Under the pieces are notes generated by a model. It saw only the letters and a program-made list of their open reading frames with translations. It had not been told where the DNA came from and did not search any database. The position numbers and the translations under genes were made by a program. Below, piece by piece: positions 53,170 through 64,000 of a DNA stretch of 64,000 nt (its first letter is position 1; each line of letters opens with the position of its first letter). Origin of the DNA: Lingula anatina (Eukaryota > Animalia > Brachiopoda); NCBI GenBank assembly GCA_051362555.1, contig CM120644.1, forward strand, positions 21,598,534 to 21,662,533. Direction: 5' to 3'.

Positions 53170-55450
53170 TGCACTGGACTTAGAAATGGATGAAATTCTG
53201 CCCTTGAATTATAAAAAAGTTATTATTCGTAGACTTAATGGTGTTTGGAGCTAGATTAGTAAATATGAAACTTGGGAATTCTGGCACAATTTTATACATG
53301 GGACTATTTTGCTTATGTGTCATACTATCTAGCTATTCATACTGGGAACTGATCACTAAGAAGGGTTTGTTGTCAACATAAACTGGGCACCCTTACAGTA
53401 GTAAGGCATTAATAGGGATATAAAATAAGAAAATAATAAACTCTCCCTCAGAGAGTTTGTTCAATAGGATGATTTACTACCTTCCCTTTAGAGCTAAGGT
53501 CTTAAAAATCATTGAAAACATTATTCCACATGGTAAAAAAACAAGAATTACCATACAAACAAACTGCTGTTAAGTTACAGTTTGGAAAAAAAAAAAAAAA
53601 AAAAACATTATCTAAAGTACATAAGTGCAAGCCAGTGTTCACTGTTTAGTGTCAACATTGATTTAATAAACGATGCCAATAAAATCCCACTTATACACAT
53701 TTTTACAAAAGGAGTGGCAAACAAAAACCAGCGTCAGGATTTGTTGAACTTTCTTTATGTAGGTAATAAAAAATATGGAAAGTTTCTCAAATATAAGATA
53801 TTAAAACAAGATGAATTACAAGAAAGAGACATTTTGCATACTTTTAGTACAAAATTGGAGAACAGTTCAATTAAAAAACGACAAATGGATTATCAAAAAC
53901 TTTCAACTGATAGCTTTAGGAAAAAAGGGCAAAAAAAAAGGGGGGGGGGAGACTACCAGTAAATGTTCAACAAATTATACCAATACCTTTGGCTATATGT
54001 GGAGAAGATGGATCCCCTTATAAAGGAAATAAAGTCTTTATCCACAGGCTTTTAACATAGCGTTCCCTAAGGAAGTTACTTATTACTAGCGTAGTTCTTG
54101 ATGCAATGTTTTAGGTTACATCAACCCCCGTATCATAACATAAAACTTTCAAACAATATGCACAATCTTTTTACAATCAGATATTGTAGAAATTCACATC
54201 ATTTTTGACAAACCAGTCTATAAAAATATTTTCCTAAACAAGTTGAACGTGAAAGGAGAGATAAGGGCTCCTTAGGATTAAATGTGGAAGAAATCACCAA
54301 CAGTCTGGCATAATTTTATAAGCAAAAGAACTAACAAGGGCAAACTATAATTGCCTACCTTGGTGATACCTTATTGAAGCTTCACTGTGAGCAATTACAC
54401 TAAGATAGGTGAACTAGGTTGTATGTAGCTGGTAGTTTTAATGATCTATGCAGGGTAGCTGTAAATGTTCTGTTAAGGTCTTAGGAGGATGCTTTACTAA
54501 GTTCAAACCATGAAGAAGGGGACAGTTTAGTTTGGCTTCACTATCTGAATTGTTCACCGAACAACGTGATAATCTTATCACCAGATACTGATATACTAGA
54601 AATAGGGCTTGGTTTATATGATAGCAGAAAGTATCGAAATAAAAAAAACATTTTGATAAAAATAAGTTGTAAATTGTATGAGGAAACATATGTTAATGTT
54701 AAAAAGGTGCATGACCACATAGTGAATGATCCTGTCTTGAATAGGTTACATAGATCAAAGGTAGGTAACATTGTATTTTCAGAGTGTGGTGATGTTTCAT
54801 ATTTTGGGGGATTTGGCTTAAAAAAGTCTTCTCTGTATTTCACAGGCATGCTGACATTACATCTGGGATTAATGCAATATTAGGGGCTCTTGATGAAGTT
54901 GGTGCAGGGAACTTTAGAAGTGGACTTTTAGCTTTTTACCATCTGTTAGGTTGCCTTATTTTAGAAAATGTTCCAATGCTTTTTTTGCCGGTTATTCGAG
55001 ACAGTAAGCCCTGTTAGATACTAAAGAAGTTTGTATGATAAGAAAAAAAAAAAATTATTCAGAAAATATTTCTATTTGATTAGGTAATATAAGGTCAGTT
55101 TTGTTAGATATAGAATCCTTGGAGCATGTATTGCCACTAGAAGATAGCTTAGAGTTACACTGGTTAAGGACTTGTTGTATAGCACAGATGTGGGGGCAAG
55201 CAGGCCAGAATAGGATAGAGTATTTAGATGTCTTAGAATTGGGGTATGGGTTAGAAGAAAGAAAGCTCAAGTATGAAATCTCAACTAATGAGGTGAATAA
55301 ATTAGTACAGGATAATTTTAATTTCTTAATGAAAGGATGTAGTTGTAGGAAGGTAGATACTACATGTGGCAATCGTTGTGGATGTAGAAAGAAAAAAAAA
55401 ACGTGGGCCAAGTTGTGTATGTAGTGGGGAGTGTTTAAATAGCTTAGATA
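53170..55450 (+). pseudogene. Academ (XPG-type) transposase relic with C-terminal Cys-rich finger
   Basis: WEFWHNF, SNHEEGDSLVWLH, VIILSPDTDI, ECGDVSYFGGFGLKK (H3TH-like), LPLEDSLELHWLRT..AQMWGQA, GCSCRK..TCGNRCGCRK. Many stops. Confidence 0.7.
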
Positions 55451-55689
55451 ATTTATGTAGTGAAAAAATTATAAAAGAAAACAGCAACAGTGAAGATAGT
55501 TGTAGTGAACCAGAACTTTAAAAAAAGTTATAATAATATAAGACAGATGACTTTTTTTCCATTACATTAAAAAAGACCACCTGCTCCTCAGCAAAATGAG
55601 ATAAATAGGGAATATGCATTGCTAATGCTGTCACCAAGATGAATTCAATTGATTAACTATGGGAGGTCTTCAACAACTTTTAAAAACTT

Positions 55690-56315
55690 CTAAACCATCA
55701 ACAACTGCTGACTGCCTATTTTCCTTACATCAACTTTGGATTCTGCCTTTTTGACCACCTCACCCACACAGTAAAGATTGGCCAGTTATAGCTGAAACCA
55801 AACAGTGGACATCTCTGATTCACTGTGATAAAGAATACAGACTCACAAGCAACACATTTAGGTTTCACTGGGGCAGCGATAGCCCCCATTTGTATGCCAT
55901 TCATCCCCGTTCCAAGATACCATCGAGTGGGGGCGTGCGAAGGGAAACCACCCAGAAAGGAACTATATGCCGAAGAGGACAGTGCCCGTACCACAGAAGC
56001 TGCAAATACAAACATATCTGCCTAGCTCCAAGGAAACAGCACCTGCTCTCACAACACGGCATACAAGACGGACAGCAAAACACAGGGAGAAATGGACAGG
56101 GAAACTAGACACAGTGAGGTTGGGAAAACGAACTCAAAGGCGATTTTGACAGAGAATTTCTTTTGGGTGGAATTAAAGATGGTTTTAAAATTGTAGATGC
56201 AGAAAAAGTGAATGGAACAAAAGAAATGAATAACGCAAAAATGACAGGTCTGTTTAAGAGTGAGGTAGAAGAGCAGATTAACACAGAAATTTAATAGAAA
56301 TGGTATATATTCTCA
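55690..56315 (+). mobile_element. DIRS/Ngaro-like tyrosine-recombinase retrotransposon fragment (gag end, RT start)
   Basis: HTVKIGQL..QWTSLIHCDKEYR..FHWGSDSPHLY; zinc finger CRRGQCPYHRSCKYKHIC...H; overlapping DFDREFLLGGIKDGFKIVD...VEEQINTEI. Confidence 0.72.
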
Positions 56316-56419
56316 GTTGACTTCACAAAAATTTCAAACTTTTGGCTCTGCTGACTTGGCGTCTGGGACCGTTTACCACGCGGTGGTTAGGGGTTTACAA
56401 GTTTATACTTGCAAGTTTA

Positions 56420-57172
56420 TACAACATCGGTGCCGAAGTCAGAAGAGTAATAAAAGAAACTGTAGCCCACGATGTGCAGTTGTTATACAATGTGAGCGGG
56501 ACAGGCGTTCAGGAAAAAAAAGCTTCAAGGGCCTCAATTTATATGGCACTTTGTTTAGTAAGATATATAAGCGCTTCATATATCTGACATAATCACATTT
56601 GCACTTAATAAGGAAATCCATGCCTTAGCACTACTATTGACGATTCTGATATATAGTGGCTGTGCTAACGCATGAAAGCAAAGGCTTTAAAATCTTGGAA
56701 ATGAAGACCAGTTGCCGAACCAACCACGGTGCGGGAGCTCTCAGGGTTTTATCTTACCTCTTATCTCCTTAATTAAATTAATTAAATGGTATTAAAAGTA
56801 TAGATGTGGGATGTAATTGTACATGGATTAAAAGAGATCACCTTATTTTTGTAAAGCAAAAGGTGTTCTCCTTGAAAACTTTTGATGAAATGGGGTAAAT
56901 ACTTATGTGTTACAATATGGAAAACCAGTTGTACCATTGCTATAGTACAATACACCAAATTAAATATGACTTTCTGACCGATATTTCAGAATGTGATTCA
57001 GCATTTTTTTTACAGTGAGAGATAGAAGTTTTTTTCTGAATATTTTATCTTTATTTCTATTTACAGAGGCAGTTAGATCGCATCATTCAAACATTGTCTC
57101 TGAAGACATTTTTAGATCTTATGTTAATAATTTTCTGAATGGATCACAAAACAGGAAGGAAAAGAGTCGTGA
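56420..57172 (+). pseudogene. DUF4806-like gene relic (second family, two exons)
   Basis: NIGAEVRRVIKETVAHDVQLLYNVSGTGVQ.KKSFKGLNLYGTLF|GTAAG, then EAVRSHHSNIVSEDIFRSYVNNFLNGSQNR. Confidence 0.6.
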
Positions 57173-59045
57173 AAGAGAATGCCTCACGTTGCTGTTATGC
57201 AATGCACATGTTATAGCCAAACACAACAGGTGAAATTGTTTTCTAACTAACACTAATTGCATAGGAAATGAAAGTAGAAATCACTGTTGCTTTGTTTTTC
57301 AGGTTCATTTATCTTGTGAGCCATCTGTGGCCTGGGGACTGTATTAGAGTCTGGGGACTGTACTAGTCTGGGGACATGCCGTCTGGAGACATCTTAGGTG
57401 ACTCGGCCTATGTTCTGAGGTCTTGGCTCATAACACCCAAAATACAGTCGGGTAGAAGAGAAAAGGAAGAAAAGATGTGGGGAGAAGAGGAAAAGGCATG
57501 CTGAAGAAAACGAGAGAGCGGAAATGTGAGTTACACTGTTCAATACAGCCCATAAGAAGACATGAATTTTCACCAAGTGCGCTTTTGGGGTCCTAAAGAA
57601 CTGTTTCAGTTGAATGGTTAATTTTAATTTGTTACTTATACTATGTAAATTTAGTATTACGCATTTCTTTCCTTGTGTGAAATTTATTTCAAGTAAAGTA
57701 ATAACAATTACACTGTCATCCCTAGTATTATTACTCTTACGCACAGTTGCTATTATCATAATTAATGTCATTTTTCATAAAAAAGGAAAAAAAAACAATC
57801 TGCCCTCAACAAAACTTTATTTTTTAATGCTTTCAGGTGCCTTCACAAGTCAAGAGGGTGCCTGATGTATTCTCCTGAGGCCAGTGCCAACATCATTCTG
57901 GCATGTTGCAAGCTACACAATTTTTGGATCAGGGAAGGGATATGCCTGATGTTGAGGTGGAGGCTTGTGTTCAAGAGTGTCAAGATGTGCATCTAGGAGA
58001 GTACCCAGCTGATGGGATACAGTGTAGAGAGTGTCTCATTGCTATAGTACAATACACCAAATTAAATGACTTTCTGACCTATATTCAGAATGTGATTCAG
58101 CATATTTTTACAGTGACAGATAAAATGTTATTTTCTGAATTTTTTTTCTTTATTTCTATTTACAGAGGCAGTTAGGTCGCATCATTCAAACAATGTCCCT
58201 GAAGACATTTTTAGATCTTATAATATGTTTAAAATTTTCTGAACGGATCACAAGACAGGAATGGCAAAGGAAGGAAAAGAGCCGTGAAAGATCTAATTTA
58301 AATTATTTGGCTAATTATTCTATCTTTGATGAGAATGGCTTACCACAAGAGAACATTATTGGATTAACATCAGATGGCACTAGCAACATGACTGGGAAAT
58401 GGAAAGGGGTAATGTTGCCCTATTCAAAAAGGACCACTCTCAAAAGTTACCATGGCAATGTTGTCCTGCCCAACATCTCAAGCTGGGCCGGCTTTCATGA
58501 AACGTTTCATAATTTGTGCATTCGCTGTAGTTTGCCCACTTGCGCTAAATTTTTTTTAATAACTTTCACGAAACCATTTCCAATTTTCTTCGCTAAGAGC
58601 ACATGCCGTTGTGACCGAAGAAAAACTGTAATCTTGAAACCCAACTATTTGGGTGGAGGAGGCAAGAAATATAACAACAAATGCTCATGCTCACCCGCTC
58701 CATGTTCATGTGCACAGTTATCACAGTGGAGGAGCTGACAGGGTTTCCTAAGAAGAGTCAGTTTCCCGACAAAGAAATAGATATTTTCACAAATGTGTGA
58801 TTTTTTTATTCCTAAAAACTGAGGAAAGTTTAAATAAATAAATAAATTACTGTGATTTACAAAGGCATATATTATATTTTTTAAATCAGGATCAACAGTG
58901 TTTCCTTGCATGTGAGGAAATTTTCTGAAGCGAGGAAAAAGTGGTACAACTACTCTATAGTGGAACCAAAAGAAAAGAAGCAGAAAGAAGGATATCGAAG
59001 GAGATGAGGAGGACTGGGGGAGGGCCAGAACCTCCACAGCTTACA
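57172..59045 (+). repeat. Duplicate of 41.6-42.2 + 49.0-50.2 kb (Harbinger B relic, DUF4806 exon, hAT piece, Harbinger TIR + Myb/SANT), lacking the HINE
   Basis: Colinear match. The offset changes from 15600 (42014 vs 57614) to 8821 (49082 vs 57903), a difference of 6779 bp, which equals the HINE length. Confidence 0.93.
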
Positions 59046-59177
59046 CATATTAACCTACTTCTGTACTTTGGTGAAATCATTCGGTTTTGTTACTCCTGTT
59101 TAAACCATTTTTGTTTAGTGTCCAATTTAGCACTGTTAAGATCGGAGGATTAAGTAAAGTTTTATGTATTTTCACAG

Positions 59178-59285
59178 ATGCAGGTAGATCGAGAGCTACA
59201 GAGGCTGAGCTAGACACATGTATCAGATTGTGGCTATAAAGAATCCGCATGATAGGGATGGTGGCAGAAAATTGAGGGCCATTAA
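59178..59285 (+). pseudogene. DUF4806-like C-terminal exon relic (third family)
   Basis: TTTCACAG|..RATEAELDTCIRLWL-KNPHDRDGGRKLR. Confidence 0.5.
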
Positions 59286-59308
59286 AAACATACATAGGAA
59301 CCGTTTCC

Positions 59309-59835
59309 TTATGTGTCATACTATCTAGCTATCCATACCAGGGAGCTGGTCAATTAAGCTCATTTGTAACATTTTTTATTCTGTTCAGTCTGATTTCTAT
59401 TACTGTTTACAACTACACCACATAGCTGATAAAACCAAGGTATTTCCAGAACTGGTAGTAATCATTTCATATTAGGAGGCTCTGTTGTCAACATTACTAA
59501 GCACACTTACAGTAGTATTGCATTTGACAAAGCACACAAAATCTGCATTAATTGGGATATAAATTAAGAAAATAATTAACTCCCCCACCGAGAATTTATT
59601 TAGTGGGATGATTTACTACCTTGCCTTTTGAGCTAAGGTCTTAAAAACATTTAAAAACATTATTCCAAACAGTAAAAAAAAACAGGAATTTCCCTACAGA
59701 CAAAATGCTGTTAAACTAGTTTGAAAACATAAAGCATTATCTATAATGCATAAATGCAAGCCAGTGTTCACTGTTAAGCATTAGAGTAGGTTTAATAAAT
59801 GATGCCAATAAAATCCCACTTATACCCTTTTTTTT
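59309..59835 (+). pseudogene. Second, diverged copy of part of the Academ relic (cf. 53310-53710)
   Basis: CTTATGTGTCATACTATCTAGCTAT...GATGATTTACTACCTT...GATGCCAATAAAATCCCACTTATAC shared with 53312-53697. Confidence 0.75.
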
Positions 59836-59914
59836 ACAAAAAAAAAAAAAAAAAAAAAAAAAAATCAAATGAAAAACTAGTGTCAGGATTTGGTACTACA
59901 ATTTCTCTAGAAAG

Positions 59915-60065
59915 TAGGGGTACAGCCCAAAGTTGCAGAATAAATGGGAGGGCCCATTTAAAATACTACAGAGTATATCAGACCTAGTGTACCGTATTCA
60001 ACGCAGTGAGAGAAGTAATCCCAAGATTGTGCATTATGATAACCTCAAACCATTTTATGGGTCTT
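59915..60065 (+). mobile_element. Gypsy LTR retrotransposon integrase C-terminal (GPY/F) fragment
   Basis: PKLQNKWEGP.KILQSISDLVYRIQRSERSNPKIVHYDNLKPF. Confidence 0.75.
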
Positions 60066-60361
60066 TATAAATTCAATATATTTGAAAAGTAAAATTATTT
60101 GCTATGTTTAATAATTATGTATTTATGTTGGGCGTTAACGGGAGTCACCCTTACAATTTTATGAAAAGGAGTAAAAGAGCAGAGCGTAACAGATTGTGAA
60201 ATGCGTACCGACATACCATGGGCCCAGGGGCCCAACTGCTCCATGATAAGTTCTGAAAGAGAAATCTGTACACAGCGAGATGTCCGTAATACATCCTCTA
60301 CATAATTATTAAAGGTGGGAGTATAAATGGGTTGCTTATGCTCAGAGCATTTATCTTACAG

Positions 60362-60642
60362 GTTCCAGCCAACAGATTGTTGACGGGTGGAGAGAAAGAG
60401 TGCGGGGCAGTCTCCAACAATTATGTGAGGCTGCCCTGCACCCTTACATCAACAAGGAGAATATTGGAGAATTTTATACATTTGCATGGCGAAGAAATTT
60501 GGAAGAGTTGACTGAATTTTGTATAGATTTTATTTTAGAGAATTTTGTTTTAATCAAACAAGAAGTAATACATGGAATTGTTCAGGAAGACCCCATTTTT
60601 CTTTCTGGACAACTACATGTACTGTACAGAATGAATATTTAA
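60362..60642 (+). pseudogene. Open terminal exon with BTB C-terminal/BACK-like helical motif
   Basis: TTATCTTACAG acceptor; SSQQIVDGWRERVRGSLQQLCEAALHPYINKENIGEFYTFAWRRNLEELTEFCIDFILENF...*. Upstream exons not identified. Confidence 0.5.
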
Positions 60643-60888
60643 TAATAATGCAAGATTTAAACTTTGCTACAGTGTTGAGTGACTATTCTTTTCGGTATTT
60701 GAAATATATACTTCTATTTTCATTAAGATCTATACGGTGAATTAACATGAATCCTCATGTTTCAGGTTCATGAAAGTGAGCAAAATAAACCATCACCTAC
60801 CGCCATCTGCTTTGTTCTCTACACCAGCAGACAGAAAAGCTACAAAAAATTATCGTCAAATAGTGTAAAAAAACGAAGGTTAATATTA

Positions 60889-60970
60889 CCCAATCAAGAG
60901 CCGATCAGTCATAGGGAAGATCAATATTGATTGGTTCCCATAATTTCCCATCATCTATGGGTATATAAAC
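60889..60970 (+). promoter_or_regulatory. Putative Harbinger transposase promoter (two opposed CCAAT boxes + TATA)
   Basis: CCAATC...GATTGG...GGGTATATAAAC about 50 bp before ATG 61018. The same arrangement precedes copy 1 (31728-31810). Confidence 0.4.
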
Positions 60971-61017
60971 GAGCAGAAGGCAAATATCACTCATTGCACC
61001 TATGTTTCTTGGGAGAG

Positions 61018-61685
61018 ATGGCAGCATACCTTTTTTCCGATGTGGAAAAAGGTCAGGCACCCCGCGTCTACACGAAGAGGATTGATAAGCTTGGCCGATT
61101 CAAGGATGCTAAAACAGTATCCAGTTATCAGCTAAGTAAGGAAGAGATCTGGAGGCTGGTGAGGGTATTGGAGATCCACCAACAGGTCGCACGCTTTGAC
61201 CCCAACCCAGCAGGTGCTGGTGGTGCTAAGGTTCTTTGCGACTGGGAGTTTTCAGTCAGTCGTAGGGGAAATTCGTGGTGTCAGCCAACCCTTAGCCTTT
61301 TTTATGCTTTGAATATACAGCACTTTAAAATTACGTTCTTTACCATTGTAAAATATTATCGCATTATAATCAGGATTTAATTAATTTATTTATCTAATTT
61401 TTTTTTGAAGATTTTCTGATGTAGTGTGCAGATGGCCAGGAAGCACCCACGATAGCTTCATTTTCACTAATAGTGGGATTGGACAGCACTTTGAAGGTAT
61501 GGACGCAGAGGATATTCCAGGATTCCTCCTGGGAGATTCCGGTTATCCTCTCCACCCATATCTTATGACTCCTAAAGCCAACCCTCAAACAGATCCTGAA
61601 ATTAAATACAACAGGGCACATATATCAACAAGGAACACCATCGAGAGGGCCCTTGGTGTTTTAAAAAGCAGGTGGAGGTAATTTT

Positions 61686-61759
<74 letters not shown>

Positions 61760-62086
61760 TACACTTTTATATCATTAACATTTGTAAATTTTTTTAAAAT
61801 AAGTTTTCTGACATCAGCATTTACTTTCTGGATGAATCAAATTTCTTGTTTCATTTTTCCAGGTGTCTGGACAGATCAGGGGGCAGCCTACAATACTCCC
61901 CAGATGTGGCCTGTAACATCATCATGGCCCGTTTAAGGTTGAATAACCTATGCATTCGTTCTGGTTTCCCATTACCAAGGGATGTTCAGCAGCTGGAGCA
62001 TGATAAGCTGCGCGCCCCTCCTTGGCAATGACTTTCCAGATGGGTTAACAGCCAGGGAAGAACTCATCAGGCACAAGTTTTCATGA
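61018..62086 (+). pseudogene. PIF/Harbinger (HARBI1-like) transposase relic, family A copy 2
   Basis: RSHALTPTQQVLVVLRFFATGSFQSVVGEIRGVSQP; RWPGSTHDS..LLGDSGYP..IERALGVLKSRWR|GT; CLDRSGGSLQYSP. Lacks the first catalytic-D segment. Confidence 0.92.
61690..61751. repeat. (TA)n microsatellite in transposase intron
   Basis: About 30 TA units; copy 1 has a poly-T tract at the equivalent position. Confidence 0.95.
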
Positions 62087-62206
62087 TTTTTTTTTTTTTT
62101 TTGGTATGGGCATAGGGCACCTTCCTAGTTACTAGTAAGAATGCAACATAAAAGATTGTGTCAATTTCATTGTGTTGTATATATTGCATACATTGGCAAA
62201 AAAAAA

Positions 62207-62226
62207 AAATAAATAAATAAATAAAA

Positions 62227-62273
<47 letters not shown>

Positions 62274-62275
62274 AA
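62207..62275. repeat. (TAAA)n microsatellite
   Basis: Direct reading; copy 1 has poly-A here (33360-33380). Confidence 0.95.
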
Positions 62276-64000
62276 ATATAAAAAATTGTGGGGCAGGTTG
62301 GGACAGTTTTTCCAACAACTGACGGACCCTCCGTTTCTCTTCTCACACTGCACCCACTTTGCTTAAACTGCACCCAGGTAAAAATCAGGTCTAAGAAAGC
62401 CAGGGAGAACAAGTCTCTTCACACAAATGGATTTTTAATTGCAGAGCAGGCAACATAAAAATTCAATGAAAACAACAATTGGAAAAAAGAAATCAAAGAT
62501 ATGAATTAGCATTGGTTGAAGCCACTTAGCAGTAATTGAAAATGAGTAGACAGAACAACGCCAAACAAAATAATGAATATACAAGAAAAAGCTGCAATTG
62601 TACATTGCCAGACAAGTGTCCTCCACCAGGGGAATGTGACCCTGAATGTGAAGGCCATATATAAATACACTGTCGGTCATCACTAATGGCACTTTAATCC
62701 CTGCGAATTTTTGATCAATGGCGATGAACAGCATACCGTCAGGCAATGCATCAATTTTGGCCTTTGAAAGAGAGAAATCTTCAAAATTTGTGATTCTTCA
62801 TAAGAGCAAATAATTTGGAGAAGGTATCTTTATTTTCTATTTGTTTTTTGCATGGACAAGTTGCGCAAGTTGTGTAAAGAATTGTGTTTAGAACATGTGT
62901 CCACATAGGGTTTGTAAATATGAATCCAAATGTTCATTGACATATATAAAGAAGTGTTAAATGAGAAATGTCACTTTATTGTTTAGACTGGATTGACATT
63001 CTGTGTCAAGTGTCAGTGAAACTACAAGCATAACCATTCAATATTAACATTATTCAAATGTATGCACCTACTGTACTGGTAGTGCGCAGTTATATGTTTT
63101 ATGCAGAGAGCAATGCCTCCAATGACCTTGACACTGACTGAACTCCATATGACCTAATGGATAAGACGGCTTGATGGCTGTGCCTTTAAAGAGGCGCAAA
63201 TTGGAATGCTGTATGTTGTATTCAACAACAACTTTATGTTCTCATTACTAGTAAAAGGAAAGTCAAGTACCTTGTTACAATTCACTGTCAAGCTCACCGT
63301 TTGTAATTAGGGATGGTTGTCTCATTAAAGACCACTATTACAGAATTAGTGCTTCTCTATGGACACTACCACCAGAGTCCTAAAGCTTGGAACTGAAAGC
63401 AATGAGAAAAATATTGGAGGAAAACCCCACCAAACTGACCTAGGACAGTTGAAGACATTTTAGCAAGAGGTGGCACACCAGAAGTGCCTTCAACAGGTTG
63501 TTCAGAAGACAGTTTACTGACCATGTTGACGCTTGCTATGAAAATATTTGATTCTCCGCCTACTGACTGAATAGTTTTGATTATCATTGTTTTGCACAAA
63601 TGTGTGTTGATAACAAAAATATAAATATATTTGTGTTTTCAAACTATGTATACAAGAGATAATTATTAGCAAGGGGAATTTCCAGTCAGAACAACATGCA
63701 CCTCTATATCAGATGCATCAAACTAAAATTACATCTTAAATTTATACACTGAACTCTTTGTCACATGAAAGGGAGATGGGGGCAACTTCCTTCCAAAAGG
63801 GCCAAGCCAGCTTTGCTGCACAAAGACAATCACTGGATTCCAAACATGATGGACGAGGCCAGATAGAGGTATGCCAAAACTTGGAGAATTGAGGTATATA
63901 AATCATTAAAAGCACTTAATAATAAAATGTATAAAGCTAATTTTAAAATATGGAATATTACATACCTTACAGCTTAACCATTTACTTAGGCAATTTTGAA

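Noticed and set aside
58193-58738. Longest ORF (181 aa) as a real gene
   Set aside because: It runs through DUF4806, hAT and Harbinger TIR pieces in mixed frames, and the duplicate at 49.3-49.9 kb is not open.
62067-62412. Hydrophobic FIYL-repeat ORFs
   Set aside because: These are translations of the (TAAA)n microsatellite.

Overview
AT-rich eukaryotic (invertebrate metazoan, plausibly mollusc-like) repeat-dense DNA. I see no intact host protein-coding gene, no RNA gene and no CRISPR array. Bases 1-~22.7 kb are a composite satellite: runs of 2-7 copies of a 193-bp monomer alternate with a ~570-bp unit carrying a ~410-bp non-satellite segment (16 occurrences). On the minus strand that segment contains a 228-bp AG...GT-bounded, phase 1-1 exon-like block. 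At the array edge it is replaced by a longer paralogous 314-bp exon with Ig V-set-like motifs, preceded by a 98-bp GT-AG intron and a possible leader exon. The array may therefore be a tandemly amplified exon+intron unit of a decayed Ig-superfamily gene (inference). A 1.5-kb Helentron-type non-autonomous element (HINE) interrupts the array. A 6.8-kb composite of the same family sits in an intron of a Harbinger transposase relic, and its empty site is present in the window. The rest (23.5-64 kb) is a mosaic of decayed transposons: CR1 and L1/Tx1 LINEs, BEL/Pao, Gypsy, DIRS/Ngaro, Penelope, two PIF/Harbinger families with Myb/SANT partner, hAT, Academ, DUF4806 gene pieces, MITEs with 3-, 5- and 6-bp TSDs, minisatellites and internal duplications. 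All family calls come from motifs read by eye, not database searches.
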